A stretch of 64,000 bases of DNA from Chiloscyllium plagiosum (taxonomy: Eukaryota): positions 28,188,710 through 28,252,709 of the forward strand of contig NC_057719.1 in the NCBI RefSeq assembly GCF_004010195.1. The letters run 5' to 3'. Positions 36,761-49,870 of the stretch are shown here, in pieces. Position 1 is the first letter of the stretch; every line of letters begins with the position of its first letter. Both the position numbers and the translations under genes were made by a program. Below the pieces are notes generated by a model. It saw only the letters and a list, made by a program, of their open reading frames with translations. It was not told the DNA's origin and ran no database searches.

Positions 36761-37075
36761 ACATCAGATACCTATACCAGACTCCTAGCTGGGATGAAAG
36801 GGTAATATTATGAAAAAATGTTGAACAGGTTAGGTCTATACCCACTGGAGATTAGAAAAATGAGAAGTGATCCTTTGAAAGATAATAGATATTGAGGGGA
36901 CTGCATGGACATCCTGAACATGTTCCACTTATGGGAAAGACAAAAGCTAAAGGACTGAGTTTAAGAATAAGAGGCCACCCCTTTTAATACAGATGAGGAG
37001 TCAAGTTTACTTTCAGGTTTGTAGGATTCCTTTCATTAGAAATTAGTGGGAGAATAAATCTTTACATTTATTCAA

Positions 37076-37698
37076 GGCGAAGGTGGTGTTTAGCATGCTT
37101 GCTTTCATTATTCGGAACATTAAGTATAGGAGTTGAGATGTCATGTTGTGGCTGTACAGGACATTAGTGAGGCCATGTTTAGAATACCGCATACAATTCT
37201 GGTCACCCTTATATAGGAAGGATGTTGTTAAACTCAAGAGGGTTCAGAAAAGCTTTACAAGGATATTGCTGGGACTGGAGGGTTTGAGCTATAAGGAGAG
37301 GCAGAAAAGGCTGGGACCTTTTGTTCCTGGAGCATGGAAGCTGAGGGGTGACCCTATAGAGGTTTATAAAATCGTGAGGGGCATGAATAGGGTAAATAGC
37401 CATAGGGTAGGGAAGTCCAAAACTAGAGGGCTAGGTTTAAGGGGAGAGGGGAAAAATTTTAAAAAGATAGGAAGGGTAACTTTTTCACACAGAGGGTGGT
37501 GCGTGTATGGAATGAGCTGCCAGAGGAAGTGGTGGAAGCTGGTATAACAGCATCATTTAAAAGGCATCTGGATGGATATATGAATAGTAAGGGTTTAGAA
37601 GGCTATGGGCCAAATGGATGCAAATGGGACAAGGTCAGATTAGGATGTCTAGTCGGCATGGACAAGTTGGACCGAAGGGTCTGCTTGACTCTGTTATA
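37076..37698 (+). mobile_element. CR1 LINE 3' fragment nested in an older CR1 (about 36775-37850)
   Basis: ORFs 37143..37547 (LYRTLVRPCLEYRIQFWSP) and 37496..37702 (VWNELPEEVVEAG). Confidence 0.9.
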
Positions 37699-38039
37699 TT
37701 AAATAGTTCTTTACGAGAAAAAGAAGTCAAGGAATAAGGGGTAAAGACAGGAAGGTGGAACTGATAACACATCCAGATCATCCATCTTTTTACAGAATGC
37801 TGAAGCAGGTTTAAAAGGTCAAGTAGCCAGCTCCAACTTCTAAGTCCCATATTGCAAAGTATGGACTGCAACAGTTCAAGGTGGTGGCTCTCCATCACTT
37901 TCTCAAGAACTAGATGTGACCAATGAATGCTGGCTAAGCCAGTGACACTCCATTCTGTGAAAGAATTACAACAAAAACAAAACCAGGTAACATTTAACAC
38001 AAAGCCAAGGAGATATTCTGATCATTGGAATGGGTGGTA

Positions 38040-38400
38040 AAAGCTTAATCAAAGAAGCAAGATTTAAAGACAGTATTTAAAAAGGAGGAGAGGGATGCAG
38101 AGAGGGTTAAGAAGTTTTCCAGCAGTAATGGCCCAGACAGCTGGGAGGTATAGCTGCCAACGATGAATCAGAGGAACTGGGGTTGCACAACAGAGGCTCC
38201 TGAGTTAGAAGAATGGGGTGGATGAAATTATGGAAATAAGGAGTGGTGAGGCCAGAGGGAGATTTGAATGTGAGAAGGAGAATATTAAAACGATGGGTGG
38301 AACAAGAGCCCACTGCAGGTCTGCAAACAAAGGCAATGGACACATCATGGCTACAATAATTTGTTAAACTATTAAATCCTAACAATTTGGGCAGTGTCTT
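38040..38400 (-). mobile_element. L2-like LINE 3' fragment
   Basis: ORF 38107..38385 contains RFNILLLTFKSPSGLTTPYF, resembling the L2 motif FKILLLTFKALHGLAPPYL. Confidence 0.6.
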
Positions 38401-38821
38401 TAATTTGGGGCAACATGAAGTGAATCATGTAAACTGTTCTTAAGGTCAGCCTGACAACAGGTTTGGGTGATGTGGCTGTTAAAGATTAAGGGAGATGTGC
38501 TTGTTCTACTGGGCAAAGATATATGGTGTTCACTCAGAAAGCAATGACAATAGCATATATGCATACAATGATTAAACAGGTAGCTTCCAATATCCCAGGA
38601 AGGTGTTAAGAATGGCAGATTGTAAACAGTTGTATTTAGATGGTCCATTTGGTTTCTAGATAGGATAAACCTGGAGTTCAAAATTTGCTAATTAGTATTT
38701 ATATCTGAATACAAGGTCCATGAGATTCCAATTGCAATAGAGAGGTGTTCTGGGGGCAAGGTGGGATGTAAAGGATAATATTCAAGTGTTTTAGACGTCA
38801 AAAATGATTGTTCCGTTCCAT

Positions 38822-39100
38822 TTGGGGAATGCGGTTTAGTGTGAGAGAGGAAAGGCATAAAAGACACCTAACGGGTCACTTTTTCACACAGACGGTGTTA
38901 TGTGCATGGTATGAGCTGCCAGAAGATGTGGTGAAGGCTAATAGAATTGCAACATTTTAAAAGGGATCTGGATGGGTATATGAACAGGAAGGGTTTGGAA
39001 GGATATGGGCCAGGTGCTGGCAGGTGAGACTAGTGGGTTAGGATATCTGGTCAGCATGGACAAAGGGTCTGTTTTCGCGCTGTACATTTCTTTGCCTCGA
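38822..39100 (+). mobile_element. CR1 3' end
   Basis: tttttcacacagacggtg...gagctgccagaagatgtggtg...ggatatgggccaggtgctggcagg. Confidence 0.8.
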
Positions 39101-42100
39101 TGATAGAACAGTCAAGTCTTGAGTGAGCAGCAGATGGGCTGAGGCAGGGAGGGAGAGAGGCAATTCAGTCAACAGAAGCTACATGAAATCATCTCCAGGA
39201 GGTGCAAGTAGTGCTAAAAGGAGTAAACCTTTCTATAGGAGATTCTTTCAAAACCATCCACTTAAATAATAGAAAGTACTAACGTAACTAGACACATTTT
39301 ACTGATGGCTTTGGCTGGTGCCTACAGTCTAATTGGGTCAATTTTCTGAAGAATTCTGAAGAATTCTCCTGAATAGTCTCCCAGCTAGCGCTGTGTACAG
39401 CAGAGAGGTGAAGAACATATTTTTAATATTGTATGCATTAGGAGCAATCTATTTAGTCACGACTGTGAGAACTCTTCGCATTTGGCTTCCAGTGCTGAGC
39501 TAAGTCCATTATTTGCACAAACCCTGCAGTGGGTGGGGATGTTCCTGACTGTTGTTGCCACATTTGTTGTATAATCCAGTGTTTTCAGTCATCATTTGAG
39601 TAACTTCAATGTCTGTGCTGTGTGCTGAAGTCATTCCCATATAGGAAACTATCAGCTCATATTGATATAAATAATACCCTATAATCACAGGTAGTAAAGT
39701 GAAAAAAAGAACAGCTCCAAGTCAGTTTCAAAGAGCTCACTGTACTGTGCACAAACACAATGGAAACCGCAGAGATTATAGCAACCATGTGGTCAAGCAC
39801 GAACTAGAAGTTTTACATTTTCAGCACCAGGGTTGGTTCAGTACAGACAAGCTTTTGAGTACACACCCATTCTTCAAGTTTACAGGTTTCCCTCCCTTAG
39901 CAGGATGGAAATACCCATGCTCTCTGTCCCCTACACTCCCCTTGAGAACAGCATGAAGGCTGCAAAATAAACTTATCGGTTAGGAACTAAACTATGTTTT
40001 CTATATAACTGTTTTGCATCAACCTGCTCTTACAGTAGTCTCAGAGGTTGCAACATCTGACATTTGTACTTGTGTTTTTATAGATTTAAATACTTTTTTT
40101 ATAAAAATAAGGAAAAGAAACAACATTTTCTTTTTGTGTTGACAAGCAATTGCTTTGTCAAATGCAGTGAAATGTGTGTGGGATAGTTTCATTGCGGGTT
40201 AAGGTGCTGCGCATGTCAGAGCATGCTCAAAATCTAAAGCTTACACAATCGTTACAGAGAAGATGCTTGCATCAGCTAATAGGTGCGATCATTTTCAAAA
40301 ACCAGAGAATTAGAAACGTGGTGCTATCAACCACAAGTTGCCATCTGAAGGAACACTTAGGTAAAGAGCTTTATTCCAGAACATTAAAAGTAGGTTGTGT
40401 ATTTTGTTATACTTTTGCAGCTTTTTAAACAATGATGGGAAAATTTTCCCTTCTTTAAAAAAAGGGTATGGGGATCAGCACGATCAGTGGTTACTGACAC
40501 AATGGCCTCACGAGCAAGCAAATTCAGATTGCCCGAAGTCCCCCAACAGAGGTCTATTCTTCAGGGAATCTAGCTTTAAAGAAGTTTAATTCTCCTTTTC
40601 GCATGGAGAGGGAAGTTGCAGTGGGAATTTAAGGCCTTTTCCCTAACTTGGCATACAGATTTCCATAGGCACCTTAACTGGCCACCTCCGTTCATCTGAT
40701 TTGCTGCTAACAGTTACTTAAGACAAGGCTTATAACGTTGTGTACAGCAAGGGTGAGAGATGCAGTTTAATGTAGTTAGATCAAATGGAGAATTTTGCTC
40801 TAGTCCATTTAAATATGATTACAATGCCCCATTACTGCCACAAAGTCACAGGAAATGTATTCAAAGTCAATCTATACAATAGCATCTACATTATATTGAA
40901 ATATGTACTTAAATTATGTAATGTATGCAGGATTTATAAAAGAGTTAAAGAATTTCAGAACACAGTCAATTATAACTAAGCCTGATAACTAAAGATGATT
41001 CCATTCGGTGCCATTTCGCTGTTCTTCCTCCAAACTCTATATGTTTTCATTTTTCAACTATACCTTCACAACATTGCAAAATCTTCTTCATGCAGCAAAG
41101 AATTAGGATGTGTTAAGTTGGGGGTGGAGGCGGTCGGATGTGTCAGACGAAATTAGATTATGAACTGAAAAGGGGCATTGTGTGCACTTATGGAGGAAAA
41201 AAAGACAGATTGGCACTAGTAAATTGCTCCTTCAGAGAGGCAATGCAGACACAGTGACTGAACAGTTTCATGTGCTATAGCCATTCTGTGATTCAATTCT
41301 ATTCCTCTTTAAAGAGATTTAGACTCTGCTTCCACTAATGTCTGTCAGTCTATAATCTCACAACATAAAAATAGTTCTCCTAATACACCCTTGATGATGG
41401 TAGGTCAATGTGCTCAGATAAACAACATACTGGCCAGTGGAAATCATTTTTTACTCTTTAATTTTACCAATTTTGGAAGCATTTATCCATCCTTACCCTC
41501 ATCATCATTGGTCAAATGGAAAAGAAAGCACCAGTTTCTTACTTTTTTCCTCAAACATTCATCTTTCTAATCATTTCCTTCAGCAGCACTTTCATGATTT
41601 GAAATCCACCTTAAGTTGGGAGCCTACATCTTGACCACAATATTTTAATGTGGTCTATGATGCAATTTATATAATTTAGCATTACCTCTTGTTTTGTAAC
41701 TATTTCTGAAACTCTGAATCCCATATGCTTTTAATAAATAGCTTCCGTCAAATTGTCCTCCCACAATATACCATGTCGCCTGGAAAATGTACACCCACAA
41801 GTAGAAAACTTAATGCATTATTCACACATCCTGAAAGAAATGGGTACAGAAGAACACAAGATTTGATTATTTCAGCTATGAAATATGTACATCTTACCAA
41901 TGCACAATACATTATTTTGTACGGAGGAGGAACTAGTGTATTTTTGCAGGTCCACAATATTTAACTACTAACTTGATCCAGCCAGAGGTCAAAATGAGAC
42001 TAGCTGATCTCTAGATATCCCTAATGGCAATCTCACGGAAATTCCTTTGGTGAAAAGGTTCCATTGTAGATATCTAGCAACTGGGAAATACCCCAAACCA

Positions 42101-42273
42101 TTTCTATTGTCAGTAAAAAAGATCAGGAAATGAGCGACCGGTTTGGTTTTTGGTAAAGGGTGACACAAATTTATATCAGTGATCAATGCACGTTTACGTT
42201 TACATCTGTAGTAAAGTTATGTAAACAAAACATACTTTAGGTATCTGTTACAGACCATTTTGTCACTTTATCT

Positions 42274-45207
42274 TTATTCACTGAAGGGATATGGATATCG
42301 CTGGCTGGCTTGCCTGCTCCTAGTTGCCCTTGAGAAGCTGATGGTTAGCCACATTCCATGTGCTATAGGTTGACCCACAATGTCTTTTGGGAGGAAATTC
42401 CAGGATTTTGATCCAGCAACAGTGAAGGAATGGTGATGTATTTCCAAGTAAGGATGGTGAGAGGCTTGGAGGGGAACTTGAAGGTGGTGGTGTTTCCATA
42501 TATCTGCTGCCTTGTCCTTTGAGATGGCAGTGGTCTTGACTTTGGAAGGTGCTGTCTCAGGAACTTGGTGAATTGCTGAAGTGCATCTTATAGATGGCAT
42601 TAGCTACAGCTACTGACTATTGGCGATGGAGGGAGCAAATGGCTGTGGATGTGGTAATGATCAAGGAGGTTGCTTTGTCCTAATAGTGTCAAGCTTTGAG
42701 TGTTGTTGGAGCTGCACCCATCAGGAAAGTGGGGAGTATTCGAGCACTCACCTGACTTGAGGCATGTAGATGATGGACAGGCTTTGGGGAGTCAGGTGGT
42801 GAGAGTTACCTCACTACAAGATTCCGAGCCTCTGACCTCATTTCGCCAATACTAAATAACTGGTCCAGTTTAGTTTGTGGTCAGTCCAAACCTGGATATT
42901 GTCCAGATCTTGTTGCATTTGAAAATGGCCTGCTTCAGTATCTGAGGAGCTGCTAACGGAGCAAGTATTGTGCAATAATTGGCGATCATCCCCACTGCTG
43001 ACCTTATGACGAAGGGAAGGTCATTGAAGCAGCACCTGATAGTTAGACATAGGATAATACCCTGAGGAATTCCCGCAAAAATGTCCTGGAGCTGAGATGA
43101 CTGACCTCCAACAACCACAATCAATCTTCCTATGTGTCAAGTATGACTCCAACCAGCAGAGAGTTGGCCCTCTGATACCCATAATTGCAGTTTTGCCAAA
43201 ACTCCTGCAATCACAATTGAATATAGCTTTGATGCCAAGGGCTGTCATTCCCCCCTCCCCTCTGGAATTCAGCTCTGTCCATGTTTGACCCAAGGCTGTA
43301 ATAAGGTCAGGAGCTGAGTGGCCCTGGTGAAACCCAAACTGGGCGTCACTGACCAGGTTATTGCTGAGCAGGCGCTGCTTGATAACACTGTTGATGACAC
43401 TGTCCTTCACTTTACTGATGATCTAAAGTAGACTAATGCAGGGATAATTGGCCAGATTAGATTTGTACTACTTTTAGTGTTTGGGACAAACATGGACAGT
43501 TTCCACATTGTAGGGTAGACGCCAGTGATACTGGAAGAGCTTGACCAGGGAAATGGCAAGGTCTGCAGCACAAGCCTTTAGTACTATTGCCAGAACATTG
43601 TAAAGTCTGTAACCTTTGTCGTACCTAGAGCCTCCAATCATTTCTTGATGTTATATAGAGTGACATGTGAATGAGTGAAAACTGCCATCTGTGGTATTGG
43701 GAACCACTAGAGGCGGCTGAGATGGATCATCCACTTGGCACTTCTAGCTAAAGATTAGTGCAAATGCTTCAGCTTTATCTATTGCACTGATATGCTGAGC
43801 TCTTCCATCATTGGGGATGGGGATATTTGTGGAGCCTCATCATCCAATTGATTGTTTGATTATTCACCATCATTCACAAGTGGATGTGGCAGGACTGCAG
43901 AGCTTAGATCTTATCCAATGGGTCTGCATTCGCTTAGCTTTGTCTACCACTTGCTGCTTATGCTGTGTGGAATGCAATTAGTCCTGTTTTTAGCTTCACT
44001 AGGTTGTTAGCTCACCATTTTTAGCTATGCCTAGTGCTACTCCTCGCATGCCCTCCTGCACTCTCCATTGAGCCAAGGTTGATCCCTAGCTTGATTGCAA
44101 TGATTGAGTGGGGGATATTGCTGGGCCATGAGGTCACAGATCCAGCTGGAGTGCAATGCTGCTGATGGCCCACAGCACTGCATGGATACCCAGTCTTAAT
44201 TACTAGATCTGTTCAAAGTCTGCACAATGATAATGCTGGAGAATACAATGGAGGGTGTTCTCAATGTGAAGGTGGGACTTTGTCTCAAAAGGACTGTGCA
44301 GTGGTCACTCTTAGTTATACTGTCATGGACAGATGCCTTTGCGGCAGGCAGATTGGTGAGGAGTTGGAGGAAGATGTTTTCCTTCTTGTTAGTTCCCTCA
44401 CCCTCTGCTGCAGACCCAATCTAGCAGCTATGTCTTTTAGTTGATCCGTAGTGCTGCAGCCAAACCTCTAACCACTCAGTGCTTGCTCCAAATGCTGTTC
44501 AGTTTGGAGGAGTACGACTTCATCAACTGAGGAGGACGGTATGCAGTAATCAGCAGGAGGTTTCCTTGCCTAGGTTTGCACTGATGCCATGAGACTTCAT
44601 GAGCTCTGGAGTCAATGGGAATGACTCTCCCTATCAACAACATAACACAGTGCCACCACCTGTGCTGCTGGTGCTGGGGTGTTGATGTTTGGGGCATGTC
44701 TGTAAGGTAGGATTCCATGACTATGACTATGTCAGGCTGTTGCTTGACTAGTCTGAGACAGCTCTCCCAATTTTGGTTTGAGCCTTCTGATGTCAGTAAG
44801 CTCAACAGGGCCGTGGTTGCCATTTCCAAGGCGTCAGTCAATGCCATGTAGTTCATCCAGTTTCATTCCTTTATTTGAGGCTTTCTCTCGATTGTTACAA
44901 CTGAGTGGCTTGCTAGGCCATTTCAGAGGACAGTTAAGAATTAACATCATTACTATGTGTCTGGAGTCACACATAGGCCAGACCAGGTAAGGATGGCAGA
45001 TTTCCTTCCCTATAGAGATCAGTGAACCAGATGGGTTTTTCCAAAAATTGGCACCATTAGGATTTTAATTTCCAGATTTTTATTGTATTCAAATTCTATT
45101 ATCTGCCACAATGGGATTCAAACTCAGATCCTCAGAACATTATAGAGTCATACCTGGATGTTTGGATTAATAGTCTGCCAATAATACCACTAGGCCATTG
45201 CCTCTCC
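42274..45207 (-). mobile_element. Near full-length, decayed CR1/L2-group LINE with a single endonuclease-RT frame and a tRNA-like 5' head
   Basis: APE endonuclease N-terminus RLVKQQPDIVIVMESYLT (44476..44856). RT motifs SDAQFGFHQGHS (43021..43410) and AGIPQG...NDLP (42870..43124). The 5' end has an A box TGGCCTAGTGG (reverse complement of 45187-45197) and a B-box-like AGTTTGAATCC (45114-45124). Confidence 0.85.
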
Positions 45208-45384
45208 ATCTGCTACATTTAATAAGAGTGATCAAGTCCTCCCAGTTGTCTTCAATTAGTTGGTGCTGTGGCGCAGTCGTTCCTGGCACTGCCAGCCGGA
45301 AGCCTGTCAAAACTGATTTCTCCATTTCCTTGCACCCTCCTGCGGCTTCTCTCAGAACACAGATGGCTCTCCCTGTTCAAAACA

Positions 45385-45960
45385 TCAAGAATAGAAAATG
45401 CTGGAAATACTCAGTGGGTCAGGCATCTGTGGAGAGAGAAGCAAAAAGGTAATATTGTTGGTTGATGACCTTTCATCAGAACTCGGAAAAGTTAGAGGGG
45501 TAGTATGTTTTGAAAGGTGGGACAAGACAACAGAAAGGAAGGCCTGCAATAGGAGGAGAGATTGACAGAAAAAGTTAGTCTCAGGGCCAAACGGCACAAG
45601 AAAAGATGTATCTCGAGTTGATGGTTTTACTTTCTGAAAGCAACAGTGCAGAAAATCCGAAATGTGCAAAGAAAATAAAACAAAATGGAGATATTGAGTT
45701 CAATAATCTGGATGTTGAATCCAGAAGGCTGCCAGCTACTTCATCAAAAGATGAGATGCTGTTCCTGAAGCTGACATTGGACGTCAGTGGAAGAGTACAG
45801 CAGGCCAAGAACAAAGACATCAATGAGAGATGACGTTGTAGAATTAAAACGACAGGCCACTGCAAGCTCACAGCCATGCTTTCAGGTAAATTAGAGGTGT
45901 TGTTTAAAGCACTTAGTCAGTGTTTGGCCTCTCTTAACTAAAGAAGACTACATTAGGACT
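45385..45960 (-). mobile_element. Old PLE 3' fragment, family C-like
   Basis: Terminus aatgctggaaatactcagtgggtcaggcatctgtggagagag. Degenerate HHR on the minus strand (tctgatgaaaggtcatc). The endonuclease-end segment gttgaatccagaaggctg is shared with 58495. Confidence 0.6.
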
Positions 45961-46149
45961 AGTGAACACAGTACTCTGACTAACAGTCTGATACTCAAAC
46001 CTCTCCCTTTCCTGTTGCCATCTGCTATTGTCAAATTCTAGATCCATATTTACAATCATGGCCAAGGAACTGGCTTTAAGCTCTTAAAAGAAGTCTTACT
46101 GTATTTCAACTGAGCACTGCTAGTGCCTTAGGCTTCTTTCCACGTCCCT

Positions 46150-47361
46150 AACTAGAAACTCAGCTATAGTGCATGTCTTAAGAACTGGCAGGCAGGTTCA
46201 TGGGAATGACTGACTATCTTGACACTGAATATATGAATTATAAGATAGTTTTTCTTAGCGTGGGAATGAACAGCAACCTCAGTTCTTTTTTCTATTGCAA
46301 ACTGCTTCTTTCGATTACTGCCCACCTTGATCATTTTAGAAGCAGTTGCAGCTGAGCTTAGTAGGTGGAGGTCACATTGCCCACTTCCCCCACAGGTGTC
46401 CCAGCTCTGACTGCTGAACACATCACTGCAGGCTGTTGATGCTTACATTACAGTCAAACATGGATTCAAACTCTTGTCTATGCTGAAAATACAACAGTTC
46501 CCGTTTGTTACTGAAAAGGCCTACATCCGATTTTGATTTTGCTGATTGGAACACAAACCTATTGGACAGAGGAGTGAAGAACTCAGTTCATTTGGCATCC
46601 TTGCCATATTGTATCCACTACCATACTGAGAAATAAAAGTCCTTCTTAGCAGAATACGGTGTTGTTGTAAACAATTGCTTTAATATACATCCCATTTGAA
46701 CAAAATGAAAGCAACATTGTTCTGTCACTGGAGTAGTTCTTTTCAAGATTATGAATTTCATGTGTCACAATTTATAACTTTTCAGCCTGAAGCACCCATC
46801 AGAGGAGTCATCGTCATGAGACAGTTAAGCATTTATGGGCAGCATGGTGGCTTAGTGGTTAGCACTGCTGCCTCACAGCACCAGGGACCTGGGTTCGATT
46901 CTTGTCTTGGGCAGACTGTCTGTGTGGATTCCTCCCACAATCCAAAAGATGTGCAGGTGAAGTTAATTGGCCATGCTAAATTACCCATCATGTTAAGGTG
47001 TATTAGTCAGGGGGAAATATAGGGTAGGAGAATGGGTCTGAGTGGGTTACTCCTCGGAGGGATGGTGTGGACTTGTGCTAGAGGGGCTGTTTCCATACTG
47101 TAGGGAATCTAATCAGAGGATCCATGGTACAAAGTGAAAATTATGGTGTTTGATAATTCATTAAATGCTGCTATTGTTAAACATAGCTACAAAGCACTGG
47201 CGGAAATTCTTGATTATAGGAGCAACGGATAGTTGTTGAAACTAGAAATTCAGCTATAGTGCTGGTCTTAAAAAAACTGGGAGGCAGGTTCCTAGCAATG
47301 TCTTTCTTGAAACTGAATATATGCATAATAAAATAGTTTTTCTTCGTCTGGAAAGGAACAG
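46150..47361. repeat. Diverged ~123-bp direct repeat pair (46150-46273 and 47240-47361)
   Basis: Both copies read aactagaaa(c/t)tcagctatagtgc...ggcaggttc...actgaatatatg...atagtttttctt...gaacag. Confidence 0.85.
46837..47113 (+). mobile_element. HE1-type SINE with tRNA-derived head
   Basis: gggcagcatggTGGCTTAGTGGttagcactgctgcctcacag...GGTTCGATTCT; tail ctgtttccatactgtagggaatctaatc. Confidence 0.88.
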
Positions 47362-48203
47362 AAAATTGCCATTCCATTTTGATGAGTATTAACAGCTTCA
47401 AACCAAGTAAATAAATTAAAGTTACATGAGCCACTACTTGAAAAAAACCAAAACTCTGGGACTCGGGAACTTTAATTATGCTGGAAAGGAGCCAGACGTT
47501 AAATCTCCATTCCCATTTCCAACAGATCTAATTTTTGCTTTTTGTGGAAAAAGGAGGGGGGTAAAATTCACAAATGGAAATCCAAGCTCAGCAGGAACAT
47601 TTGAATTCAGTGTGAAATCAAATACATCCCATTTGACTGCTGTAAGGATCTTAAGACATACTGGGCAACATATAATGATGGAATAGAAATTGGCTTTGTC
47701 TCAAAAGAAATGTTAGAAATAGTTGACTAAGATGTGATCCATTATTTCAACTGTACTGTGAAACAGAATTGTAGATCAAACAGTAGACTTTTCAGAGTGT
47801 CAGAAGTTCAAAGTCTCCTGCACAGACTTTACGAAGTTGCGTTACACTCAGCAGCAATATACCACCATTGAAAGAAACAGCCAGATGGGAGATCATTTTC
47901 AAAATCTGTCACACCATTAAGTACCAAACCAACATTTATTTTCTACTGAAGCCAGATTTTGGTGCAATGCAGAAGCAAGATCAAAACGCATATGTATCCT
48001 GTACGTTGAAATCTGATACTGTTAGAGGTGTGGGAGTAAGAAAAATGGTGACAGCAAAGGTATGGCAGGAAGTGGGGATGGGGGTGGTGGGTTCAGAGCT
48101 TTATGGAGGCCATTGCTGGTCTGCAGCACACACACCCATTTGGTGTTGACACATCGTTTGGGAAGCCCTGAGGTTAATCACTTATTTTATATCGGTGTTA
48201 GAT

Positions 48204-48439
48204 TGTAAGGGTTGAGGAGCAGACCCGGAGATTGATCCTGAAAGAACTGCAGAGGCGCCAGTGGCCTGTCATCAAGTCACATGTGCACAGTACACTGGCT
48301 GTAGCCAATTTGGAGTCAATTCCTGAACTGAGACTCTGAATCCCATTTCTATTGGTCAGCCAGGGCTTCCCGATTGGGTTTGTTAACCTGAACCAATCAA
48401 GGATCTCGGTCAGAAATCCATCTGGTTCCAATTACTACA
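48204..48439. mobile_element. Possible solo LTR
   Basis: Begins TGTA and ends TACA, 236 bp long, with five CCAAT/ATTGG motifs. There is no clean 4-6 bp TSD, only gat on both sides. Confidence 0.3.
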
Positions 48440-48507
48440 GATCCCTAGTTTTTAAAACTAAAACACGTTTGCCTGCCGTTTGATAGAGAGAGAGATGGAA
48501 TCATTAG

Positions 48508-49050
48508 TAGAATCATAGAGTCACAGAATTAAACAGCACAGAAACAGACTCTTCGGCCCAACCAGTCCATGCCGACTGTAATCCTAAACTAAACTAGTCC
48601 CACCGGCCTCCGCTTGGCCCATCTCTCTTCAAACATTTCTTATTCATGTACTTACCTAAATGTCTTATACACGTTGTAACTGTACGTACATCCCCACTTC
48701 CTCTGGAAGTTCATTCCACACACGAACCAAAAAACAAAATTGCCCCATATCTTTTTTAAAATCTGTTCCCTCTCCTTAAAAATATGCATCCAAGTCTTTA
48801 AATCCCCCAATCAAGGGAAAAGACACCTGATATTCTCCTTATCTATGCCACTTATGATTTTATAAATCTCTATAAAAGGTCACCCTTCAACCCCCTATAT
48901 CCAGCCTCTCCTTGTAACTGAAACTCTCCATGCCCAGCAACATCCTGGTAAATCTCTTCTGAACCCTCGCCACCTTAATATTATCCTTCCTACAAACAGG
49001 GAGACCAAAACCGGACACAGTATTCTAGAAGAGGCCTGACCAATGTCCTA
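48508..49050 (-). mobile_element. CR1 3' fragment
   Basis: Tail tagaatcatagagtcacagaattaaacagcacagaaacagac; collinear with 51546-52110. Confidence 0.85.
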
Positions 49051-49439
49051 TTATGTTAATAATTAATATCATGGAACAATTAATAATATGAAACAAGATA
49101 TTCAACTAAAAGAAATTACAGAAATCTTAAACAATGAGATTGGAACCATTTTACACACTAAATAAAGACACTGCAGATTTAGAATTGATGTCACATTACA
49201 GAGAACAGTACAGTCACTCATTTTTAACTGGCATACAGATTCACCTTATGTGAAGCTGGCATACAAGGTACTGCACTAACAGAATGCTCTAGATTTTCTT
49301 GGAACTCACTAAACCACCATATGTGCAAGGAAGTCTTCAAGTTTTGGACTAAACTGGGGCACCACACAGTATACACTAGGTATAATGACCTCGAGGACAT
49401 ACAGTCTTTGCAAAGCTAATGTAGAAATGAGGACCTTAT

Positions 49440-49870
49440 TTGTTTTCCTTAATATTGTGGACAGGACATGGAGGAATGAGTTTAAGCTGTGCACAAGGAG
49501 GAATAGACTGGGCATCAGGAGATTCCTCTTTTCCCAAGAGCACAGTCAGCCCTTAGATTATGTTCCCAGCTGTTGTTATGTCTGCAGACTCTGCACATCT
49601 TCAAATGGGTGTTGAGCCCAGTCTTGACTGGGGTTGCGTCATGTACAAGATCAGTTGGTTAATAGATAGCACATAATCCATGTACTCTCCCACATTGGAT
49701 AGAATCACCTGAGGAGGTTGGAAAGGACGTTTGCAAGACTATTTTCTTTTCCCAGTCATTGACCCTGGGGTTTTCCCTCCTTTAAGAGCATAGATAACTT
49801 TAGGGAAAAAAAAAGGTGTTGAGTCATGATGATTCAATCATGTGTTTGATCTAGCTGGTCTTTACTTGCC
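49440..49870 (+). mobile_element. Old CR1-like 3' end of a different subfamily
   Basis: ORF 49385..49615 (RTWRNEFKLCTRRNRLGIRRFLFSQ) resembles the CR1 C-terminal TRGHxxKL...RLxxRxxFFSQR motif. Confidence 0.5.

Noticed and set aside
46837..46910. tRNA-like sequence with A and B boxes (also 7320-7395, 12900-12985, 45110-45207)
   Set aside because: These are SINE/LINE heads running into repeat bodies; no full cloverleaf, so not tRNA genes.
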